Virus record (IMG/VR): IMGVR_UViG_3300030330_005258
Location: 1-64,000 of that record
Direction: 5' to 3' (one strand)
DNA length: 64,000 bases
Origin: a virus
Lineage: Duplodnaviria > Caudoviricetes
Part shown: in pieces, positions 26,449 to 34,754 of the stretch
Layout: each line of letters begins with the position of its first letter
How positions within the stretch are numbered: position 1 is the first letter of the stretch
Position numbers and translations under genes: made by a program
The notes under the pieces: model-generated
What the model was told of the DNA's origin: nothing
The model's database searches: none
What the model saw: the letters and a program-made list of their open reading frames with translations, nothing else

Positions 26449-26561
26449 ACAAGAAAGAAATCATCATCGACGGCATTTGTGCCATTTTGGGCGGTCTCGC
26501 CTTTTATGTAGCATTTTGCATGGCAGCGATTCTGGATCAGATTCACGCCGTAGGGCTGTGA
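26445..26561 (+). CDS. Small membrane protein (not in ORF track)
   Basis: ATGA overlap; stop inside GTGAC box. Confidence 0.55.
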   Translation: MNKKEIIIDGICAILGGLAFYVAFCMAAILDQIHAVGL

Positions 26562-26600
26562 CATTTGGTGACTTGACAAATCGCCCCAACGGGTTACATT
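26558..26600 (+). promoter_or_regulatory. Boxed early promoter
   Basis: GTGACATTTGGTGAC-TTGACA-16-TACATT. Confidence 0.85.
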
Positions 26601-26621
26601 ACAGGAGTAAGGAGAGAAAAG

Positions 26622-26855
26622 ATGCCAACGCACGAACGAGAGCGAACCGACCACATGAGCCGCGAAGAGATCGAGTATGAGGTCCGAACGCGCCCCACCC
26701 ACAGGATCGAGGTATGGGAGACCGTCCCGGTGTGGGAACAAGACAGCGGAGCCAACGACGAGGGCTACTGCTACGAGCACTGTGGCGCCTGCGGTCGTGT
26801 CACCGAGCACGACGACTGTGGCACCTGCCTTGACCAGTCCTGTGACATTTGGTGA
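26622..26855 (+). CDS. Small acidic Cys-rich protein
   Basis: CGAC...H...C; stop inside second box. Confidence 0.65.
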   Translation: MPTHERERTDHMSREEIEYEVRTRPTHRIEVWETVPVWEQDSGANDEGYCYEHCGACGRVTEHDDCGTCLDQSCDIW

Positions 26856-26884
26856 CTGGACAAATCCACAAAACCGGTTACATT
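26842..26884 (+). promoter_or_regulatory. Boxed early promoter
   Basis: GTGACATTTGGTGAC-TGGACA-16-TACATT. Confidence 0.8.
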
Positions 26885-26906
26885 ATAGAAGAACCAAGGA
26901 GAGAAG

Positions 26907-27176
26907 ATGAGAAACCAAGACGTGATCCGTTCCTTCGCATGGGGCAAGCGCGCCGCCGCTGGCAACCTTCAGACTGACGGGCGCTCGCTCTGGTCGTATG
27001 ACCTGAAGATCGCCCACCGCACGCCGGAAGGCGTCGTGGTCGGGGACTTCACCGCACCGGGTGGCGACTTCCACTCGGTCACCACCAGCAAGCACGTCGG
27101 CATGGCAAAGCGCGAAGCGCACACGATCATGCTGCCGGAACTCTTCACCGATCTCTATTCTGATATGCCCTTCTGA
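26907..27176 (+). CDS. Hypothetical phage protein
   Basis: LWSYDLKIA...SVTTSKHV; AAGGAG RBS. Confidence 0.72.
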   Translation: MRNQDVIRSFAWGKRAAAGNLQTDGRSLWSYDLKIAHRTPEGVVVGDFTAPGGDFHSVTTSKHVGMAKREAHTIMLPELFTDLYSDMPF

Positions 27177-27187
27177 GGAGGTTTCCC

Positions 27188-27394
27188 GTGGGTGAACTTG
27201 TTTCCCTTTGCCGATACCGCGCAGAAAAGCGCCAAGAAGCAGAAGCAGCCGCACAAGCGGAACTCGATGCGCTCCGCGAGATCGTGGACGCATGGATCGA
27301 ATACATGGGCGAGCCCGAGAGCGCGCCAATCATGGTCCCTCTCGACCAGCAACTCGATCCTGTGACATTTGATGACTTGACGATCTGGACCTGA
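27188..27394 (+). CDS. Hypothetical protein
   Basis: GGAGG RBS; reads through the boxes. Confidence 0.6.
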   Translation: MGELVSLCRYRAEKRQEAEAAAQAELDALREIVDAWIEYMGEPESAPIMVPLDQQLDPVTFDDLTIWT

Positions 27395-27405
27395 CCGGAT
27401 ACATT
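27362..27405 (+). promoter_or_regulatory. Boxed early promoter
   Basis: GTGACATTTGATGAC-TTGACG-17-TACATT. Confidence 0.82.
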
Positions 27406-27429
27406 ATAGAAGAACCAAGGAGAGAACCC

Positions 27430-27684
27430 ATGCCCATCCCTTCCGAGTACGTTTCCCGTGGAGTCCGCATCCCCCGTGACGAGGGCGTCTTCCACTTCCA
27501 CCGACGCCGCGACGGACACGGAGACGGTTGCGTCGTCCGCACATGGAAGATCGAGGGCAAGTCCCAAAAGGACGTGATCACCCGCGACTGCATGGGACTC
27601 GACCACGCCGAATGTCTCGTGGATGACCACTTGGAAGAGATGGCGTACCTTCTCGACGCCGCCTGCGCCGAGTTCGGATTCTGA
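27430..27684 (+). CDS. Hypothetical protein
   Basis: Follows promoter-RBS; stop at box. Confidence 0.68.
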   Translation: MPIPSEYVSRGVRIPRDEGVFHFHRRRDGHGDGCVVRTWKIEGKSQKDVITRDCMGLDHAECLVDDHLEEMAYLLDAACAEFGF

Positions 27685-27725
27685 GACATTTGGTGACTTG
27701 ACATTTTCCCGAAACAGGTTACATT
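27683..27725 (+). promoter_or_regulatory. Boxed early promoter
   Basis: GAGACATTTGGTGAC-TTGACA-16-TACATT. Confidence 0.85.
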
Positions 27726-27778
27726 ATAGGGGTGAGAGGGAGATAGGCTCCCGCGCTCCTCACTCCTCTGGAGAGTAC

Positions 27779-28009
27779 ATGAAGAAGAAGACCGACGCCC
27801 GCCGCTACCGCTACAGCCTTCACGGCGACATCAAGATCGACACCCGCTCGAACCGCCAGCCCCGTAAGGCTGTCGGCTACATCGCCGAGCGCGTTCGCTC
27901 CGGTGGTCGTGTGTGGCGCGAGCACAAGGACGGGTCGATCTCGTGGCTCTGCGATACGGTCCTCTTCTCGACCGCTGAAAGCATGGTGGCGGACTTCGCG
28001 ACCGGCTGA
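27779..28009 (+). CDS. Hypothetical protein
   Basis: GGAG RBS, ATG 27779; stop at box. Confidence 0.65.
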   Translation: MKKKTDARRYRYSLHGDIKIDTRSNRQPRKAVGYIAERVRSGGRVWREHKDGSISWLCDTVLFSTAESMVADFATG

Positions 28010-28060
28010 GACAAACGGTGACAAAGATCACCTTGACATTTTCCCCCAACGTGATACATT
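28008..28060 (+). promoter_or_regulatory. Boxed early promoter, boxes shifted upstream
   Basis: GAGACAAACGGTGAC-N10-TTGACA-16-TACATT. Confidence 0.82.
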
Positions 28061-28139
28061 ATAGATGTGAGAGGGAGATACGCTCTCGCTCACTTTTCCC
28101 CCGGCTCGACCGAGCCACCCCAAGACCCGGAGTCCTACC

Positions 28140-28553
28140 ATGGCTAACCTCTTCGTCCTGAACCTTGATGGTACTATCGCCCCTGTCGCCGCCGACAAGA
28201 ACTGCAACGCGCTGATCGCGCACGCCGTCTCCATCCTCGCGGGCGACTCCGAGGTCCCGACCGCTCCTGAGCCCATCGACGTGGACGCTGCGGTCGCTGC
28301 CCTTTTCAGCAAGGTCGCCACGGGTGCCCTCACTCCTGCCGAGGGCATGGCGGCTGCGAAGGCGGTAGAGAAGGAAGCCGAGGCGGCTGCGAAGGCTGCG
28401 AAGGCTGACCCGCCTGTCCTGCTGCTCGCTGGCACCCCTGCGACCGCTGCCGAGGTCAAACGCGCGTTCCGTGGTGCGGAGAGCGGCACCACCGTCGAGG
28501 TTGCTTCGCTCGACAACGAGCGCGTCGGCACGATCACCATGTTCCGGGTCTGA
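28140..28553 (+). CDS. Ala-rich hypothetical protein
   Basis: GGAG RBS; strongly GC-biased third positions. Confidence 0.72.
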   Translation: MANLFVLNLDGTIAPVAADKNCNALIAHAVSILAGDSEVPTAPEPIDVDAAVAALFSKVATGALTPAEGMAAAKAVEKEAEAAAKAAKADPPVLLLAGTPATAAEVKRAFRGAESGTTVEVASLDNERVGTITMFRV

Positions 28554-28616
28554 GCCCGGTAGGTGGCACGGTGCGGTGAGGTCTCGCCCTGCTGCCCGCG
28601 CCGCCTGAAAGCCACA

Positions 28617-28644
28617 ACCCTCCGAGAGCCAAACAAAGATAAAG
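28617..28644 (+). repeat. ACCYTCCGAGARCC + A-rich repeat, copy 1 (others at 28980, 29506)
   Basis: Direct comparison of the three copies. Confidence 0.7.
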
Positions 28645-28975
28645 AGGTCACCGATATGAAAATCCCCACCTTCATAGCGCCGACAGCCGTGACGGGCTTG
28701 TATTGGTCACGGATATGATTCTCAGCGGGTAAGACTGAACGCACCGCCAACCCTAATCCGATGGTACACCGGCTAAAGTGTGCCACCCTTAACCGGAAGC
28801 CAGTAAGACCGCGCCCACGGAGACACTGGAGAGCAAGAGCGAAGGGATGGGCGTCCCTTGCGAGCAGCGCGGGTTGCACGGATCGCATCGAAAGTCATAG
28901 CGCGCACTCTTCCAAAGGAGGCGTAAACGACAAGTAGGCACCGTCTCTGTGGGTTCGACTCCCGCCTTCCGTACC
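28645..28975 (+). ncRNA. Candidate structured ncRNA ending in a tRNA-like T-arm and acceptor
   Basis: T-arm GTGGG-TTCGACT-CCCGC, then CTTCCGT-ACC; several hairpins; no good + ORF; 5' end uncertain. Confidence 0.5.
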
Positions 28976-29049
28976 CTTTACCTTCCGAGAACCAAAAGAA
29001 AACAAAAGCCCCCGCCCATATAGGGCACAACCCGACCGGAGAATGCAAC

Positions 29050-29499
29050 ATGCTTCCAACCCCAGCCCAAATGTCCGCCGTTGACCCCCGCGCAAGCCGC
29101 CTCCTCTATCATATCCGCAAGCATATGCAACGCGACGGAATCCGAGGCGCAACCGAACAGACCATCGCGCTGCGCATCGGGCGCTGGGGCGACCTTGCCA
29201 ACTGGTTCGAACCTCTGATCAAGAGCCGCCCGTCCCGTGAACATACGGTCAAGGAAGCGAATCGCACCATGTATGCGACCGGTTGGCAAATCAAGAAGGC
29301 GTCGATCCGGCGCGTTACCCAACTGGGCAACTGGAGCGAGAACGAGCACCTGCACCTGCAAATGGACTTCGATCCTGCACGGATGACCCCCGACGCCGTC
29401 GCTGCCCGCGAGGAAGAAGAACGCCGTGCCGCCATCTCTGAACTGGAAGCCGAGATGGAAGCCCTGCGTGAGAGGATGGAAGCGATCCGCGCTGCCTAA
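29050..29499 (+). CDS. Hypothetical protein with C-terminal coiled coil
   Basis: GGAG RBS. Confidence 0.68.
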   Translation: MLPTPAQMSAVDPRASRLLYHIRKHMQRDGIRGATEQTIALRIGRWGDLANWFEPLIKSRPSREHTVKEANRTMYATGWQIKKASIRRVTQLGNWSENEHLHLQMDFDPARMTPDAVAAREEEERRAAISELEAEMEALRERMEAIRAA

Positions 29500-29553
29500 G
29501 CGCCTACCTTCCGAGAACCCAAAGAAAAGAAAACATAGAGAGAGGATAGAACC

Positions 29554-29643
29554 ATGCTTGCAGTAATCCTACTCCTTACATGGTATGCATGTTTCGCCTC
29601 TGCCATTGTAGCAGGATGGAAAGAACCCACCTTTGATGCATAG
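29554..29643 (+). CDS. 29-aa membrane peptide
   Basis: GAGGA RBS; hydrophobic. Confidence 0.45.
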   Translation: MLAVILLLTWYACFASAIVAGWKEPTFDA

Positions 29644-29802
29644 TGCATAGGGTTCGTGTTTGATCTTTGACATTTTGTATATGTTTGGTGAGAGCCTTGG
29701 ATGGTTCTGTCTGCGGCGTGTCCTGCGGTGAGGGTCTGATCAGATCCCATCGCAGGCACATTGTCAAGGACAGAAATCGTCCGCATTTCGAGCAGGATCC
29801 CC

Positions 29803-29831
29803 TTGACAGGCGCACCCTGACGGGTTACATT
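29803..29831 (+). promoter_or_regulatory. sigma70-type early promoter
   Basis: TTGACA-17-TACATT. Confidence 0.82.
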
Positions 29832-29879
29832 ATAGGTGTTGGGGGAAGGAACCCCCGCGCCTCACGCTCTGGAGAGCCC

Positions 29880-30095
29880 TTGTACCGTACCGCCCGCATC
29901 ACGTTCACCAGTAACAGTTTCTCCTTCGCCCGCTGCCAGAAGGGCAAGCATCACACCACGGACGGCTCCATCTGGTACGATGAGAGCACGACGGCAGAAG
30001 AGGCTGCCCGTGAGGTTCGGAACGCTCTGCGCCGGAACCTCCGCGGTGAGCACGCTCGCGTCGTCTCGTGGGAACTGGTCCCGCTCGCTTCCTGA
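29880..30095 (+). CDS. Hypothetical protein
   Basis: TTG start after CGCTCTGGAGAGCC leader. Confidence 0.55.
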   Translation: MYRTARITFTSNSFSFARCQKGKHHTTDGSIWYDESTTAEEAAREVRNALRRNLRGEHARVVSWELVPLAS

Positions 30096-30138
30096 GCACC
30101 TGACAGCAACCCCAACACCCCAACGCTCTGGAGAGCCT

Positions 30139-30390
30139 ATGCCCATGCCATTCGAAAACCTTCGCACCTTCCTCCGCACCTGCCCGGATGCCACCATCAC
30201 CAAGATCGACCACCCGTCTGAATCCATCTTCTTCACCGAGAAGGGGCGTCAGTGGGTGATGATCTTCGATGGCGAGAAGGTCGATGGTGTCTGGGATATG
30301 ACGCCTGCCGACGACAACTGGGATGAGATCGTGCAGGACCAGCAGGAGCGTCGGTCTGTCGGTGCGTGCTTCGGTGGCTGGAAAGCCTGA
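30139..30390 (+). CDS. Hypothetical protein
   Basis: ATG after CGCTCTGGAGAGCC leader. Confidence 0.65.
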   Translation: MPMPFENLRTFLRTCPDATITKIDHPSESIFFTEKGRQWVMIFDGEKVDGVWDMTPADDNWDEIVQDQQERRSVGACFGGWKA

Positions 30391-30451
30391 TTTTGAGAAC
30401 CCCCATAAACAGGGCATTCTATAACAGGTGCCCTTGGGGGAACTAAACCTT

Positions 30452-30501
30452 TGTCAGCACTTGTCTCAGGTGCTTGCAAGATCCTCAGAACTGGTTATAT
30501 T
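30452..30501 (+). promoter_or_regulatory. Early promoter with inverted box pair
   Basis: TGTCA and TGTCT 10 bp apart; TTGCAA-16-TATATT. Confidence 0.65.
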
Positions 30502-30552
30502 ATATGTGTGAGGGGGCGTTGTGCCCGCTCCGCTTCTCGCTCTGGAGCCTCT

Positions 30553-31131
30553 ATGTCCTACGCAAACCCCGTCGCTGACCACTTCTCCTCCTTCTTCCTT
30601 GGCAATCAGGTCTGTCGCCCCGCTATGTACAGCGGCTCCGCGATGATCATCAACCTGTCCGCCCTGTACGTCCAGCGGTTCGAGCCCATGGAGCGCCCGA
30701 AGCACCGGCAGGACGTTGGCCAGCGTACCAAGTTCTGGGCGGCTGACACCTGCTACGACGTGCACCCGCTCGTGCTCTGGATTCTCTGCGCCGCGTTCCA
30801 TCATGCCGAGGGTCGTGGAAAGTCCCTGTACTACTACCACCAGAACAACGCCTGTGCGTCCTTCGGTTCCTACTCGACTGGTACGCCCCTGTCCCGTGCG
30901 TTGATGCAGGCTCGTCGTTGCATGGGCGACACCCGTGAAGGCTGGGGCAACTTCCGTGACGCTGACCCGATGGTCAACGCGCTGGCAGAGGTGGACGGCT
31001 GGGTTCCGACTGAGGCTGAACTGATCGCCCTGCGCCGTGGGTCGTGGTCGTGGGGCTTCGACTGGGACCGCTTCTGCCCCCACCTGCCTGCGCCTGACGG
31101 CTGGGCTGGCAAGTCCGGCACCATGCTCTGA
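30553..31131 (+). CDS. Hypothetical protein
   Basis: ATG after CGCTCTGGAG leader. Confidence 0.7.
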   Translation: MSYANPVADHFSSFFLGNQVCRPAMYSGSAMIINLSALYVQRFEPMERPKHRQDVGQRTKFWAADTCYDVHPLVLWILCAAFHHAEGRGKSLYYYHQNNACASFGSYSTGTPLSRALMQARRCMGDTREGWGNFRDADPMVNALAEVDGWVPTEAELIALRRGSWSWGFDWDRFCPHLPAPDGWAGKSGTML

Positions 31132-31181
31132 GCCCTTCCCCTCTCCCGGTTTGCTCCCCTCCCCAAGACAAGGAAAACAAT

Positions 31182-31490
31182 ATGTCTGACCTCGATGGAA
31201 CCCTGTCCGCTATCACTCTCGAACTCCTGAACCTCCCCGGCGGCCCACAGCGCTGCACCATCACCGCCGATGGTTGTACCTACTTCGTCCGCGACACGAT
31301 CAACGTCTTCGGTCCTCGTGGTCCCTTCTCGTCTACGGTCTGGATGAAAGACCGTCGCACCACTCGCGACGGCTGCCCGATGACCCCGCGCCAGATGGTT
31401 GTGCTGTCGGCAAGCATGGAGCGGTGTGGCTGGCAGGAGATCGCCATCGCCTATCACGGGATGCCGAGCGTCGGTCGCATCCAGCGCTGA
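31182..31490 (+). CDS. Hypothetical protein
   Basis: AAGGA RBS. Confidence 0.65.
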   Translation: MSDLDGTLSAITLELLNLPGGPQRCTITADGCTYFVRDTINVFGPRGPFSSTVWMKDRRTTRDGCPMTPRQMVVLSASMERCGWQEIAIAYHGMPSVGRIQR

Positions 31491-31648
31491 AAGCGTGCGC
31501 GCGTTTGTGCGTTAAGTTTGCGTTGGGTCCCCCCTCCCCCTCCCCCCCGGAGGGTATGTCCTATATAGGGATAACGCAGACTCGGGCGGGCGAGGTACGT
31601 TCAGAATAGCCGCCAAAAATTTCCAGATATAAACCCCAGGAGTAAAAA

Positions 31649-31831
31649 ATGATAGTTGGAGACCTAGTAAAATACAATTACAATGTCAAAGATCAACGCG
31701 ACAAAGGCGTTTGGTTAGTGGTAGCAGTAGAAGTAGACGAAACATTCGGCGAACTTATAACCTTGAAACAGGGAAATGAGCAAAGACTTGCACATTCCAG
31801 CCACCTAGACAAGATTTCATCTTCCAGATAA
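31649..31831 (+). CDS. Small GDLV-family protein
   Basis: MIVGDLVKY. Confidence 0.75.
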   Translation: MIVGDLVKYNYNVKDQRDKGVWLVVAVEVDETFGELITLKQGNEQRLAHSSHLDKISSSR

Positions 31832-31936
31832 CGGGTTCCAAAAATATTCGCCGGTAAATTTTCCCAGATTTACACCCAAGACCAAAACACACACTATTTA
31901 CAAGCGTAGCCCACAAAGGTCAAGGATTCAAAACAC

Positions 31937-32254
31937 ATGAAAATCACACAAAAGAGACTAAGGCAACTAATCAAGGAAGAATTTGAGGCAATGCAGGAGC
32001 CCGAACCCGAGGTCGAAGTTGATCCCGAGGAAGCCATCGCCGAGCTTGCCGAAGACATGGAGCAAGCAGTTACCGAATTGCATCGAAAGCTTGAGGAATT
32101 AGAGCCTCAAATTCGCAAAGTCTTTCAAGAAGTACCCGGTCGAGTGCTAAATAGGAAAAACAAGGCAGATGCCTTGGAGTCCATAGACGATATGGATCTC
32201 GATACCATCATGAGATTTCTTAACTACATCACGGGCAGATACAACCCATTCTAA
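31937..32254 (+). CDS. Leader-bearing acidic helical protein
   Basis: MKITQKRLRQLIKEE; ACTATTTA at 31893. Confidence 0.75.
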   Translation: MKITQKRLRQLIKEEFEAMQEPEPEVEVDPEEAIAELAEDMEQAVTELHRKLEELEPQIRKVFQEVPGRVLNRKNKADALESIDDMDLDTIMRFLNYITGRYNPF

Positions 32255-32272
32255 AGGGGAATAAACTCCTAA

Positions 32273-32479
32273 ATGCCGAGAATACCTAAGCCCCCGCCTA
32301 AATTCAAGGTCGGGGATTTAGTTTATCTAGCATATGATACATTTAGCATTTATGGCATGGGTATAATACTGGCAAAGCACTCCCACGGAGATTGGGAGGT
32401 CTACTGGTTTGGCGAAAGAGGATTATTTATCGAACATCCGATGGATATAAGGCATGTTACCTTGCCGGAAGACGACTGA
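32273..32479 (+). CDS. Small GDLV-family protein
   Basis: FKVGDLVYL. Confidence 0.75.
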   Translation: MPRIPKPPPKFKVGDLVYLAYDTFSIYGMGIILAKHSHGDWEVYWFGERGLFIEHPMDIRHVTLPEDD

Positions 32480-32490
32480 CCGGTTATATT
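32462..32490 (+). promoter_or_regulatory. sigma70-type promoter
   Basis: TTGCCG-17-TATATT with the usual CGGT before -10. Confidence 0.65.
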
Positions 32491-32514
32491 ATAGACGTAA
32501 CACTGGAGAGTAAA

Positions 32515-32838
32515 ATGTTTCGTCATGCGATGGCAATGCTACCAATTCTAGCCCTATCCGCCTGCGTGCGCGTGGGGTTTGACACCGGGACTTGGGAAGA
32601 TTCACAGGAATGGTGGTTATGCGACCACGTAGAATCTCAGTATTCTGCGCTGGTAATTGCTGAAACCACTACCCCCGAGCCATGGTCGTCTATCGAGTTT
32701 ATGGTATACGATGATGATCAGTTCCATGCACTTAATTTATTTGACTATGGTGGTGGTTTATGGCGTGTAGAAGCAAATCTGCTTGAACTTGACTGTTACT
32801 CAGACGATCTTGGAGGCGATTTTGTCTACCACGAGTGA
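32515..32838 (+). CDS. Putative lipoprotein
   Basis: LSAC lipobox. Confidence 0.6.
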   Translation: MFRHAMAMLPILALSACVRVGFDTGTWEDSQEWWLCDHVESQYSALVIAETTTPEPWSSIEFMVYDDDQFHALNLFDYGGGLWRVEANLLELDCYSDDLGGDFVYHE

Positions 32839-33247
32839 ATCCCGTCCATCTTGGGACACGATCTGGATGGAAATGGCACATTCTATCGCACGTCGGTCGT
32901 ATGATCCCAAATACAAAGTTGGCGCGATCGTAGTGAGCGCCGACAACACATCCGTGTTGGCTCTGGGCTATAATGGCAACTTTGCTGGCGGACCCAATTG
33001 TCGTGATTCTCACGAACGTGGCAAATCTGGTCTAATTCACGCGGAAGTTAACGCCCTTTTGAAGATGGATTACCATAACCACAAGCGAAAAGTCATGTAT
33101 GTCACCCATTCCCCGTGTATTATGTGCGCAAAGGCCATAATCAATGCTGGAATTGACGAAGTTGTCTACGCCCGTAGGTATGATTATGAGAATAGCGTGG
33201 CTTTGCTCACAAGTGCGGGTGTAACTGTGAGGTATTGCGGTGAATAA
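32822..33247 (+). CDS. dCMP deaminase (ComEB/T4 cd-like)
   Basis: KVGAIVV, GYNG, IHAEVNAL, THSPCIMC; TTG start after GGAGG. Confidence 0.9.
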   Translation: MSTTSESRPSWDTIWMEMAHSIARRSYDPKYKVGAIVVSADNTSVLALGYNGNFAGGPNCRDSHERGKSGLIHAEVNALLKMDYHNHKRKVMYVTHSPCIMCAKAIINAGIDEVVYARRYDYENSVALLTSAGVTVRYCGE

Positions 33248-33761
33248 ACCATCCTATGTTGACTTTGAGCCCAAAACCTATGCGTGGAAGGCTGACATTG
33301 ACTATCGCAAACACCCCGAATTGTATCGGATTGGTCGAGGGCAACAAGGCGTACTCACTTGCGAACCCTACAAGGGTGAGATATTGCCACATTGGCGGTT
33401 TAGGACGCCGGAAATAGCCCTACAATCAGCACAAAAAATTTATGCGATGTTCTTATCGTATGTAAAAATCGGTGACTTTGTGGGGGCTGATATGGCGAAA
33501 AAGTTCTTGCATATGGGCTACACTCGGTCTCGTAGGTATGCCAATCATGCTAGTGGGCGAAAGTGGGCGAAGGTAGAGCCTTCTTGTGGAGGTAGTGCGG
33601 AAGCAACATGGAAAGTTTTACCGCGAGAAAAAGATTCGCGAAATAACGACAAGGCGAAAAGTGCTGAAAATTTTTACGCGTTTTGGAAGTTAGCAAGAGA
33701 GAATGCCGACTATTTAAGGATGCGTAAGGAGCACAAGCAACTTTATGAGACTACTAATTGA
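33240..33761 (+). CDS. DUF4385-like protein
   Basis: YRIGRGQQGVLTCEPYK...WRFRTP...DFVGADMAKKFLHMGYTRSRRYANH. Confidence 0.8.
   Translation: MNKPSYVDFEPKTYAWKADIDYRKHPELYRIGRGQQGVLTCEPYKGEILPHWRFRTPEIALQSAQKIYAMFLSYVKIGDFVGADMAKKFLHMGYTRSRRYANHASGRKWAKVEPSCGGSAEATWKVLPREKDSRNNDKAKSAENFYAFWKLARENADYLRMRKEHKQLYETTN
33709..33716 (+). promoter_or_regulatory. ACTANTTA putative late promoter
   Basis: ACTATTTA before the leader-gene cluster at 33745. Confidence 0.5.
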
Positions 33762-34257
33762 AAACTGGCGACGCTTCCTAAAAGAAGACAAAACATCTTG
33801 CCCGCCGCCAACGCAAGACCTTGACCTAAATACGAAAAACAGAGATAGATGCCGCGAAGAAGCAGATTATGGACCTATGAACCCATTAAAAGAAAGCATG
33901 GGATATTGGAAAATGGCTGCCGAAAAGTGGGCAGGTGCTACACCCGAGGAAGCTATGGGGCAACGATGTGGCAATTGTGTCGCATTCGATGTGTCACCAA
34001 GAATGAAAGAATGCCTTCCAATCTCGACCGAACAAGTCGATCCTATGAGTATGATCGATGAACAACTAAAAGACAAGATGCTAGATGATTTCCCTGGATT
34101 TCCAGAAGAAGGTGCTGCTCTAGGTTTTGGCTATTGCCATATGTGGAAGTTTAAGTGTCACAGTGCCAGAGCCTGCAATACGTGGGCTGGTGGTGGACCA
34201 ATAGACACCGATGCAAAATCAGTTGAGACACAAACAGGGAAAAAAGAAGAAAAATGA
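33745..34257 (+). CDS. Leader-bearing Cys-rich protein
   Basis: MRLLIENWRRFLKE; RCGNC...GYC...C...C. Confidence 0.78.
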   Translation: MRLLIENWRRFLKEDKTSCPPPTQDLDLNTKNRDRCREEADYGPMNPLKESMGYWKMAAEKWAGATPEEAMGQRCGNCVAFDVSPRMKECLPISTEQVDPMSMIDEQLKDKMLDDFPGFPEEGAALGFGYCHMWKFKCHSARACNTWAGGGPIDTDAKSVETQTGKKEEK

Positions 34258-34754
34258 AACTCTTAATGGAAAACTGGCAGGAGTATCTTGAAGAGGAAGA
34301 GATACTAATGGAAAAGTGTTGGCCCGGCTATGAAAAGAAGGGTATGAAGAAGATGTTTGGTAAAATGTATCCAAACTGCGTCAAAAAGAAAAAGAGCAAA
34401 AAGAAAAATGAAGAAGTAGAACTAAGCGAAGCAGACCCCAAGAAGGGCACGGGTAAGAAGCCAAAAGGTTCTGGTCGTCGTCTATATACAGATGAGGACC
34501 CAAGTGATACAGTTTCTGTTAAGTTCTCGACCGTTCAAGACATCAAGGACACACTATCCAAGGCTTCGTTCAAGTCAAAGTCTCACAAGCGCCAATCTCA
34601 GATAATCAACCTTATCCACCAGAGAGCACGAGCGGCATATCAAAACGCCAAAGATCCAGAGGTCAAGGCTAGACTTAAGAAATCTTTTGAGTATGCCAAG
34701 AAGCGAAAAGAGGCTTCTAAACGTAAAACTCAGCGAATGAATAAAAAGAAATGA
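34254..34754 (+). CDS. Leader-bearing basic modular protein
   Basis: MKLLMENWQEYLEE; CWPGYEKKG...PNCVKK module; LSE-ADP second module. Confidence 0.78.
   Translation: MKLLMENWQEYLEEEEILMEKCWPGYEKKGMKKMFGKMYPNCVKKKKSKKKNEEVELSEADPKKGTGKKPKGSGRRLYTDEDPSDTVSVKFSTVQDIKDTLSKASFKSKSHKRQSQIINLIHQRARAAYQNAKDPEVKARLKKSFEYAKKRKEASKRKTQRMNKKK

Noticed and set aside
13868-28060. Repeats read as a CRISPR array or integron attC sites
   Set aside because: Spacing is hundreds to thousands of bp with whole genes between copies. The repeats are non-palindromic and contain -35/-10/RBS. No cas operon or integrase is in the window.
28645-28975. tmRNA call (T-arm similarity; short GCA-started frame ASKVIARTLPKEA*)
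   Set aside because: No GGGG 5' end or G3-U70 pair, and the short frame lies too close to the T-arm.
13868-30501. GTGAC boxes as PhoB pho boxes (reverse complement TGTCA)
   Set aside because: The period is 10 bp rather than 11 and the orientation is mostly opposite. Binding by another tandem-site regulator remains possible.
18197-31457. Long minus-strand ORFs (e.g. 18197-19255, 21432-22550, 28028-28888, 30466-31083)
   Set aside because: These are antisense shadows of GC-rich + strand genes or RNAs, with no RBS or recognisable motifs.
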